DNA of 42,513 nt from a bacterium (GTDB taxonomy: Bacteria > Sysuimicrobiota > Sysuimicrobiia > Sysuimicrobiales > Humicultoraceae): positions 1 to 42,513 of the forward strand of contig JBGQGY010000014.1 of assembly GCA_041497675.1 (NCBI GenBank). Reading direction: 5' to 3'. The translations under genes were made by a program, and so were the position numbers. The notes below the pieces were generated by a model. It saw only the letters and a program-made list of their open reading frames with translations. It ran no database searches and was not told the origin of the DNA. This document shows, piece after piece, positions 35,814-42,513 of the stretch; the stretch's first letter is position 1, and each line of letters starts with the position of its first letter.

Positions 35814-36556
35814 CGCCGGCTCCCCACCAACGTGCCGATGGCTTCACCGAGGACCGCGCGGGTGATGTTGCCGGGGCGCGTGACGTCAAATACGACGATA
35901 TCCATGTTGTTGTCTTTGCAGAGGGCCGCGGCCGTCGCATCCATGACGCGGAGGTCGCGGTTGAGGATGTCCATGTGCTCGAGGTGCGTGTACATGACCG
36001 CGTCGGGATGCTGGCGCGGGTCCTTGTCGTAGACGCCCGCGACACCTTTCGCCATCAGGAGGGCGTCGGCCCCAATCTCGATCGCGCGCAGCGCGGCGGC
36101 CGTGTCGGTGCTGAAGTACGGGCTGCCGGTGCCGGCGACAAAGATCGCCACGCGACCCTTCTCGAGGTGGCGGAGCGCGCGCCGCCGGATGTAGGGTTCG
36201 GCGACCTGGTGCATCTCGACGGACGACATGACGCGCACGACCAGACCGATCTGCTCCATCGCATCCATAAGCGCCAGCCCGTTGATCACCGTGGCCAGGA
36301 TGCCCATGGTGTGCGCGGTGACTTCGTCGATGCTGAGACGTTTGCTCAGGTCGGCCCCGCGAATGAAGTTCCCGCCCCCCACGACAAGGGCCACCTGGAC
36401 GCCCCGCGCCAAGACATCGCGGACTTCGGCGGCCACGAGCTTCAGGACGTTGGGATCAAAACCCACCCTGCCCTCGCCGGCCAGCGCCTCGCCGCTCAGC
36501 TTGAGCACGATCCGCTGGTATACAGGCCGCGCGTCGGATGCCTTGGGGGCATCCAT
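35810..36556 (-). CDS. pyrH: UMP kinase
   Basis: RIVLKLSGEAL, VVGGGNFIRG, AGTGSPYFSTDTAAALRA, VMDATA. Confidence 0.96.
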   Translation of the reverse strand: MDAPKASDARPVYQRIVLKLSGEALAGEGRVGFDPNVLKLVAAEVRDVLARGVQVALVVGGGNFIRGADLSKRLSIDEVTAHTMGILATVINGLALMDAMEQIGLVVRVMSSVEMHQVAEPYIRRRALRHLEKGRVAIFVAGTGSPYFSTDTAAALRAIEIGADALLMAKGVAGVYDKDPRQHPDAVMYTHLEHMDILNRDLRVMDATAAALCKDNNMDIVVFDVTRPGNITRAVLGEAIGTLVGSRR

Positions 36557-36565
36557 CAGATCACC

Positions 36566-37141
36566 TCACTCGCCCAGCTTGAACCGCGCGAACCGCCGTA
36601 TGCGGACGTTCTCACCGGTTCGCGCGGACGCTTCGGTCACCAGATCGCCGACCCGCCGTGCGGCGTCGCGAATGTACGGTTGATCCAGCAGCACGACTTC
36701 CTGCACCCATTGTTGCAGGCGACGGTCGATCTCAGCCTCAGACGCTCCGTCCGCCTCGCGGGCGATCACGGCGCGCTGCTCGGCCACGGCTTCCGCCGAC
36801 ACTTCGTCCTTCGACAGGAAGCGCGGCGAGGTCGCGGCGACCTGCATCGCGAGCTCCTTCGCCAGACGCTTGAACTCCTCGGTGCGGGCCACGAAGTCGG
36901 TCTCACAGTTCACTTCGACCAGCGCGCCCAACCGGCTGCCCGCGTGGACGTAGGCTTCGACCAGGCCCTCGGACGCCTCACGCCCGGCCCGCTTCGCCGC
37001 CGCGGCCAGCCCTTTGACCCGGAGCAGTTCGGCGGCGCGCTCGACATCGCCGCCCGCTTCCTCCAGCGCCTTGCGGCAGTCCATGACGCCGGCGCCCGTG
37101 CGCGTGCGGAGTTCTTTGACGAGTTCTGTCGTCACGGCCAT
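36566..37141 (-). CDS. tsf: Elongation factor Ts (short form)
   Basis: VKELRTRTGAGVMDCRKAL, EVNCETDFVART, GENVRIRRFARF; 191 aa. Confidence 0.96.
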   Translation of the reverse strand: MAVTTELVKELRTRTGAGVMDCRKALEEAGGDVERAAELLRVKGLAAAAKRAGREASEGLVEAYVHAGSRLGALVEVNCETDFVARTEEFKRLAKELAMQVAATSPRFLSKDEVSAEAVAEQRAVIAREADGASEAEIDRRLQQWVQEVVLLDQPYIRDAARRVGDLVTEASARTGENVRIRRFARFKLGE

Positions 37142-37150
37142 GCCCTTCCC

Positions 37151-37957
37151 TTACGCCTCCTCGCGTACGCGATCGCCCGCGAACTCGTGCTCGGCGACCA
37201 CGGCGGTCGTGCCGCCGTCCTCGGTCTCGCCAGCCTCGGCCGCCTCCGCCTCTTCCAGCACTTCGTGCTTCTGCCGTTCCTCAAGCCCTTCCAGACAGGC
37301 ATTGGCGACGCGGTTGGTGATCAGGCGGACCGCCCGGATCGCGTCGTCGTTGCCCGGGATCGCGTAGTCGACTTCGTCCGGATCGCAGTTGGTGTCGAGG
37401 ATCGCGATGACCGGGATGCCGAGCTTACGGGCTTCGGCAACGGCGATGTGCTCTTTGCGTGTGTCGACGATGTAGACGCCGGCCGGCGGCCGGTGCATGT
37501 TCTTGATGCCGCCCAAGTACTTCTCAAGCTTGGCGGCTTCTTCGTTGAGGCGCGCCTGCTCGCGTTTGGGCAGCACGTCCATCACGCCACGGGTCTTCAT
37601 GTCCTCGATCTCGCGCAGCCGCTCGACGCGCTTGCGGATCGTCTGGAAGTTGGTCAGCATCCCGCCCATCCAGCGCTGGTTCACGTGGGGCTGCTGCGCG
37701 CGCGCGGACTCTTCTTGAATCGAGTCCTGCGCCTGCTTTTTGGTGCCGACGAACAGAATGTCGCCGCCCTGCGTCACCGCATCGCGGACGTATCGGTAGG
37801 CCTCCTCGATCAGCGGAACGCTCTTTTGCAGGTCGATGATGTGAATCCCGTTGCGTTCGGTGAAAATGAAGCGGGCCATCTTCGGATTCCACCGGCGGGT
37901 CTGGTGTCCGAAGTGGACCCCCGCCTCCAGCAACTGCTTCATGGTGACGACTGGCAA
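37151..37957 (-). CDS. rpsB: 30S ribosomal protein S2
   Basis: [50 protein letters not shown] start after GAGGAGG. Confidence 0.98.
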   Translation of the reverse strand: MPVVTMKQLLEAGVHFGHQTRRWNPKMARFIFTERNGIHIIDLQKSVPLIEEAYRYVRDAVTQGGDILFVGTKKQAQDSIQEESARAQQPHVNQRWMGGMLTNFQTIRKRVERLREIEDMKTRGVMDVLPKREQARLNEEAAKLEKYLGGIKNMHRPPAGVYIVDTRKEHIAVAEARKLGIPVIAILDTNCDPDEVDYAIPGNDDAIRAVRLITNRVANACLEGLEERQKHEVLEEAEAAEAGETEDGGTTAVVAEHEFAGDRVREEA

Positions 37958-37964
37958 CCCGTGC

Positions 37965-38090
37965 CTCCTCTTGGGATCCGGCGCCCACCGGTCCCGGATG
38001 GTTTTTGCGTTCCTCCGCGTCCCTCATCCCCGCGGGCCGGGCCGAGGCCTTTCCAGGCACCCTCGGCGGGTCGGGTCGCGTGTGTAGTCG
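37965..38090 (-). ncRNA. rpsB (S2) autoregulatory leader
   Basis: ACACACGCG...GAGGGTGCC arrangement typical of rpsB 5' leaders. Confidence 0.55.
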
Positions 38091-38200
38091 GATCGGCCGC
38101 GGACCGTCTGCGTTTGGCGCATAGAAATCCCGCAAAATCGCGGGGACTTTGCGGGAGCGGTCATCGGTGCGCCGCCGTGCGCCGCGGCAAATCCTCTGGG

Positions 38201-38209
38201 AGTATAGCA
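38201..38209 (-). promoter_or_regulatory. Extended -10 promoter of rpsB-tsf operon
   Basis: TGCTATACT just downstream of the xerC stop; same motif as the infC promoter. Confidence 0.55.
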
Positions 38210-38227
38210 CGCCGGGAGGCCTGCCCG

Positions 38228-39166
38228 CTAGGCGCGGGGGTGGGCCTGGGCGTAGACCCGCTTGAGATGTTCCCTGGAGATGTGCGTGTAGATTTGCGTG
38301 GTCGCCAGGCTGGCGTGCCCCAGCAACTCCTGCACCACCCGGAGATCGGCGCCCCCGTCCAGCAGGTGTGTCGCAAACGTGTGTCGCAGGACGTGCGGGC
38401 TTGTATGCTGCTGTATCGCGGCCGCGCGCACCCACCGGTCGACGATCAATTGGACGGACCGCGTCGACAGCCGGCCGCCGCGGGTGTTGAGGAACACGGC
38501 GTCGGTCGCCACCCGCGACGACAGCGGCCCCGGCCGCTTCCGCCGGTCGCCGTCCAGCAGCTTCGGGCGCGCCTCCGCCAAGTAGCGTCGCAGGGCCGCC
38601 GAGGCTTCCGCGCCGATCAGGACGATGCGCTCCTTCCCGCCTTTCCCACGTACGCGGATCTCGTCGCCGCTGAGGGCCCCGCACTCCAGGCCAACGAGTT
38701 CACCGACACGCACTCCGCCTGCATAGAACATTTCAAGGATCGCACGATCGCGCAACCCGGCCGGGCGGTCAACGGGCGGCGCCGCCAGCAGCGCCGCCAC
38801 CGCGTCATGCGTCAGCGCCTGCGGGAGACGCCGGCCCCGCCGGGGTGCCGCGACCAGCCGCATCGGGCTCAGCGAAACCCGCCCCGCGCGACGGAGGAAC
38901 CGAAAGAACGTGCGGAGGGCGGAGAGATGGCGCGCGATCGATGCGCGGGCGTACTGCCGGTGCATCACCGCCTGGTACCGCCGGACGACCGGGGTGGTCA
39001 CGTCGTCCCAACCATCGAGATCCTGCTCGCGGATGAAACGGGCAAACCCTTCGAGGTCCCGGCGATAGGCCGCCAGGGTGTGCGCCGAAACGTTCTGCTC
39101 GGCCTCAATCGTGCGGAGGAAGGTCTCGATGTCGCGGTCGCGGGTGGTGTCTGCCGCGCGCGCCAC
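38228..39166 (-). CDS. xerC: Tyrosine recombinase XerC
   Basis: RDRAILE.FY..G.RV.EL, GKGGKER, SPHVLRHTFATHLL, VQELLGH, TTQIYTH; downstream of topA as in housekeeping xer loci. Confidence 0.88.
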   Translation of the reverse strand: MARAADTTRDRDIETFLRTIEAEQNVSAHTLAAYRRDLEGFARFIREQDLDGWDDVTTPVVRRYQAVMHRQYARASIARHLSALRTFFRFLRRAGRVSLSPMRLVAAPRRGRRLPQALTHDAVAALLAAPPVDRPAGLRDRAILEMFYAGGVRVGELVGLECGALSGDEIRVRGKGGKERIVLIGAEASAALRRYLAEARPKLLDGDRRKRPGPLSSRVATDAVFLNTRGGRLSTRSVQLIVDRWVRAAAIQQHTSPHVLRHTFATHLLDGGADLRVVQELLGHASLATTQIYTHISREHLKRVYAQAHPRA

Positions 39167-39169
39167 GTG

Positions 39170-41332
39170 CTAGCCCGCCGACACCGCGGCCGGCAGTGGT
39201 TCGGCCGCCGGTTGGCGGTGGCCGCAGGCCTCGTTGATGCAGCGCAACTCGTCGCCCTTGCGCGAGAGCTTGACCACCATCAGGCTCTGGCACTTCGGGC
39301 ACGGCCGCTCGCTCGGCCGGTCCCACGAGGTGAAGTCACAGGCGGGGTAGGCGCTACACCCATAAAACGTTCGAGCGCGCTTCGTCCGACGGGCGACAAC
39401 ATCGGCTCCACATTTGGGGCATTTGACGCCAATTCCGACCGGCCGCGTGTAGCGGCACTCCGGAAAACCCGAGCACGCGATGAACTCGCCGAAGCGGCCG
39501 TGTTTGCGGACGAGCGGCCGGGCGCACTGCGGGCAGGGTTCACCGATCTCGACTTCCGGAAACTCCACGACCGGGATCTTCGCCTCAGCGCTCTGGAGTG
39601 TTTGTGCGAACGGCCCATAGAAGTTTCGGATCAACTGCTGCCAGTCGGCCTGTCCCTCTTCGATACGGTCGAGCTCCCCCTCGAGACCGGCGGTGAAGTC
39701 CAGGTCGACCACGTTGGGGAAATACTCGACCAGCATGTCATTGACCATCCGGCCGATCTCAGTCGGGACCAGACGCCGCTCGCGCAAGGCCACGTAGCCG
39801 CGCTTCTTGATCGTCTCGATGATCGGCGCGTACGTGCTGGGCCGGCCGATGCCTTTCTCTTCAAGCGCGCGCACCAGCGTCGCCTCGCTGTAGCGCGGAA
39901 GCGGTTGGGTGAAGTGCTGTTCCGGCTTGACGTCGTCCAGCCCCACGCCATCGCCCGCCGCCAGGGGAGGCAGCCAGCTTTCGCCGTTGCTCTCACCGTT
40001 GTCGGTGGCCTCACGATACAGGACGAGAAAGCCGGGAAACTTCACGCGGCTCCCCGTCGCGCGGAACATGAACGGCCCGCCCGTGATATCGACCGAAAGC
40101 GTATCGAGGACCGCCGGCGACATCTGGCTCGCGACGAACCGCTCCCAGATCAGCCGGTAGAGCCGGTACTGATCGGAGCGCAGGTGCGCCTTGACCCGTT
40201 CGGGGGTGCGCGCCACGCTGGTGGGCCGGACCGCTTCGTGGGCGCCCTGGGCGCCCGCGCGCGAACGGTAGTGTCGCGCCTTCTCAGGGACGTACGCGTC
40301 GCCGTACGTACGCGCGATGAACTCGCGGGCCTCGTCCTGCGCCGACGCCGCCACGCGCACCGCGTCGGTCCGCATGTAGGTAATCAGCCCGACGGTGCCC
40401 TCGTCGCCCACGTCGAGGCCCTCGTAGAGTTGCTGGGCCACGGCCATGGTGCGCGACGCGGAGTAGCCGAGCCGCCGGTTCGCTTCCTGCTGCATCGAGC
40501 TGGTCGTGAACGGCGGCGATGGGTTGCGCAACTGGTCCTTACGGCGGACGTCGGCGACGGCATAGGTGTGCCGCCGGAGCTCGTCGGTGAGGCCATTGGC
40601 CTCCAACGCCGAGCGGATGACGATCGCGCCGTCGTCGGCGGGCGTGCCGAACCGCTCACCGTTGCGCGAGAACAGGCGTGCCTCGAACGTCTCACCCGCG
40701 GTCGCAAACGCCCCGGCGATCGACCAGTATTCCTGAGGGACGAAGGCCTCGATCTCACGCTCGCGGTCGACAATCATCCGGACCGCGACCGACTGCACGC
40801 GGCCGGCGGACAGGCCGCCGCGGATCTTGCGCCACAACAGCGGGCTCAATTTGTAGCCGACCAGCCGGTCGAGGATCCGCCGGGCCTGTTGAGCATTGAC
40901 CAGATTCTGATCGATCTCGCGCGGGTGCTTCAGCGCACGCTCGATGGCTTCTTTGGTGATCTCATGGAACTCGATGCGGCGGACCTTCGGGTTGACCGCG
41001 CGCAGCACTTCGGACAAGTGCCACGAGATGGCCTCGCCTTCGCGGTCGGGGTCGGTGGCCATGTAGACCGTCGACGCGCGCTTGGCCGCTTCTTTGAGTT
41101 CTTTGATGATGGGACCTTTGCCCTTGATGACGATGTACTTGGGCGCAAAGTCGTCATCGATGTCCACGCCAAGACGGCTCTTTGGGAGGTCCCTCACGTG
41201 CCCCATCGAGGCTTTGACCTCGTAGGGCCGCTTCAGCAGTTTGCTCAGCGTGCGCGCCTTGGTCGGCGATTCGACGACGACGAGGGAGTGGGATTTGGAG
41301 TGGGATTTGGATTTGGATTTGGTCGCGCTCAC
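39170..41332 (-). CDS. topA: DNA topoisomerase I (type IA) with C-terminal zinc ribbons
   Basis: LVVVESPTKA, ATDPDREGEAI, SAGRVQS, LITYMRTD (catalytic Y), AHEAVRPT, GIGRPSTY, C-terminal CxxC repeats. Confidence 0.97.
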   Translation of the reverse strand: MSATKSKSKSHSKSHSLVVVESPTKARTLSKLLKRPYEVKASMGHVRDLPKSRLGVDIDDDFAPKYIVIKGKGPIIKELKEAAKRASTVYMATDPDREGEAISWHLSEVLRAVNPKVRRIEFHEITKEAIERALKHPREIDQNLVNAQQARRILDRLVGYKLSPLLWRKIRGGLSAGRVQSVAVRMIVDREREIEAFVPQEYWSIAGAFATAGETFEARLFSRNGERFGTPADDGAIVIRSALEANGLTDELRRHTYAVADVRRKDQLRNPSPPFTTSSMQQEANRRLGYSASRTMAVAQQLYEGLDVGDEGTVGLITYMRTDAVRVAASAQDEAREFIARTYGDAYVPEKARHYRSRAGAQGAHEAVRPTSVARTPERVKAHLRSDQYRLYRLIWERFVASQMSPAVLDTLSVDITGGPFMFRATGSRVKFPGFLVLYREATDNGESNGESWLPPLAAGDGVGLDDVKPEQHFTQPLPRYSEATLVRALEEKGIGRPSTYAPIIETIKKRGYVALRERRLVPTEIGRMVNDMLVEYFPNVVDLDFTAGLEGELDRIEEGQADWQQLIRNFYGPFAQTLQSAEAKIPVVEFPEVEIGEPCPQCARPLVRKHGRFGEFIACSGFPECRYTRPVGIGVKCPKCGADVVARRTKRARTFYGCSAYPACDFTSWDRPSERPCPKCQSLMVVKLSRKGDELRCINEACGHRQPAAEPLPAAVSAG
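41285..41320. repeat. 6 x 6-bp repeat encoding KSKSKSHSKSHS at TopA N-terminus
   Basis: ggagtg ggattt ggagtg ggattt ggattt ggattt. Confidence 0.8.
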
Positions 41333-41348
41333 GCGATCCTCCGGGTCA

Positions 41349-42512
41349 TCATGAACGATCTCCTCTACTGCCTTGCTGCGGACGATCCTGGCCGCCCCGG
41401 CCGCGGCCTGCCGCCTGCATGACCATCTGCCCCGGCAGCATCTGGATCAGACCACGAATTTCCAACGCGGTCACGGCGGCGGCGATCGCCGCCGCCGACA
41501 GCCCGCTCGCCGCCGCAAGATCATCGAGGGTGCGAGGGCCTGCGCCCAGCAGGGCGAACACCCGCGCTTCCTCGCTCCCATCGACTGTCCCAACCTCCGC
41601 GGAGCCGCCGGCCAGCAGCGGCAGACCGAGGTCTCGCAAGATATCGTCGGCCGTCTCCGCCATCCGCGCCCCTTCGCGCAGCAGGCCGTGCGGCGCACGG
41701 CTGTGGTCGCTAAAGATGCTGCCCGGCACCGCGAAGACCTCGCGGCCCTGATCGAGCGCGTGGTCCGCGGTCACGAGCGACCCGCTGTCATGCGCCCCTT
41801 CCACCAGCACGACGGCCTTGCACAACCCGCTGATGATGCGGTTGCGCCGCGGAAAGTGCGAAGCCAGTGGCGGTGTCCCCGGGGGGAATTCGGTCACCAG
41901 CGCTCCGCGCGCGGCGATAGCGTCCGCGAGCCGTCGGTGTTCCGGCGGATAGATCACATCCGCGCCGCTCCCGAGCACTGCGATTGTCCGTCCACCTCCA
42001 TCCAGTGCGGCCCGATGCGCCGCGCCGTCGATACCGCGCGCCAGACCGCTGACCACCGTTACCCCGGCCGTCGCCAGGTCGAACGCCAGCCGGCCGGCGG
42101 CTGCCAGACCGTAGACGGTCGCGCGCCGCGACCCCACGATGGCCACGGCCGGACGGTCATCGAGCGCCCCTTTGACGAACAGGACCGCCGGGGCGTCCGG
42201 GATAGCCTGCAACTGCGGGGGAAAGGCCGTATCGCGGATCGTCACCACGGTTATCCCCCGGTCCCGCGCCGCCGCGAGGGCGGCGACGGGATCCAGCGAG
42301 CGCCACGCGGCCAGCACCTGATCCCGATCCGCGTGCAGATTGATCAGATCGGGCAGGCACCGCCAGGCCGCCGTAGCCGAGCCGGTTCGATCGACCCAGC
42401 GCGCAATCGTCCGGGGACCAATGCCGGGCAGCATAGTCAACCCCATCCAGGCCGCCACTTCCTCGTCCCCAGGCGGCCCGGCGGACCCCGGCGGGGAGGT
42501 CCCGAAGTTCAA
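41349..42512 (-). CDS. dprA: DNA-processing protein DprA (start at or near window edge)
   Basis: VAIVGSRRAT.YG, VSGLARGIDGAAH, FPRRNRIISGL, SGSLVTA, GREVFAVPG, C-terminal winged helix. Confidence 0.93.
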   Translation of the reverse strand: MNFGTSPPGSAGPPGDEEVAAWMGLTMLPGIGPRTIARWVDRTGSATAAWRCLPDLINLHADRDQVLAAWRSLDPVAALAAARDRGITVVTIRDTAFPPQLQAIPDAPAVLFVKGALDDRPAVAIVGSRRATVYGLAAAGRLAFDLATAGVTVVSGLARGIDGAAHRAALDGGGRTIAVLGSGADVIYPPEHRRLADAIAARGALVTEFPPGTPPLASHFPRRNRIISGLCKAVVLVEGAHDSGSLVTADHALDQGREVFAVPGSIFSDHSRAPHGLLREGARMAETADDILRDLGLPLLAGGSAEVGTVDGSEEARVFALLGAGPRTLDDLAAASGLSAAAIAAAVTALEIRGLIQMLPGQMVMQAAGRGRGGQDRPQQGSRGDRS

Positions 42513-42513
42513 C

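Noticed and set aside
38228..39166. Tyrosine recombinase as a possible phage or island integrase
   Set aside because: Sits in the housekeeping dprA-topA-xerC context with no att repeats, tRNA, cargo genes or obvious compositional shift.
35975..41422. 1815-aa plus-strand ORF
   Set aside because: Antisense shadow: pyrH, tsf, rpsB, xerC and topA happen to share one frame, and high-GC codon usage rarely creates reverse-strand stops. No recognisable motifs.

Overview
High-GC bacterial chromosomal window, almost entirely on the minus strand, with Terrabacteria/Firmicutes-like gene order and regulation (T-box, L20 leader, S2 leader). In transcription order from the right end: dprA-topA-xerC; rpsB-tsf-pyrH-frr-(small PASTA-like ORF)-uppS-cdsA-dxr-rseP-ispG-mgtC/ACT-rhomboid; an archaeal-type SAM synthetase with a TolB-like beta-propeller protein; an FmdB zinc-ribbon gene; a MoxR AAA+/DUF58/VWA cluster with membrane and exported partners; Fe-ADH, sirtuin, MTA phosphorylase, a small membrane protein and threonine aldolase; an isolated 11-codon Lys-rich micro-ORF with its own RBS and terminator; a plus-strand mlaE-mlaF-mlaD operon whose MlaD ends in a beta-barrel-like domain; then infC-rpmI-rplT-ktrB-ktrA-trmH-pheS-pheT-cvpA. 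No tRNA, rRNA, CRISPR or mobile element was recognised. The most notable items are the MAKKKAAKKKR micro-gene, the trans-envelope-type MlaD, an atypical T-box leader, a permease with an apparent ACG start (or in-frame TGA), a B2-less PheT and the archaeal-type MAT. All calls come from reading motifs by eye; no searches were run.
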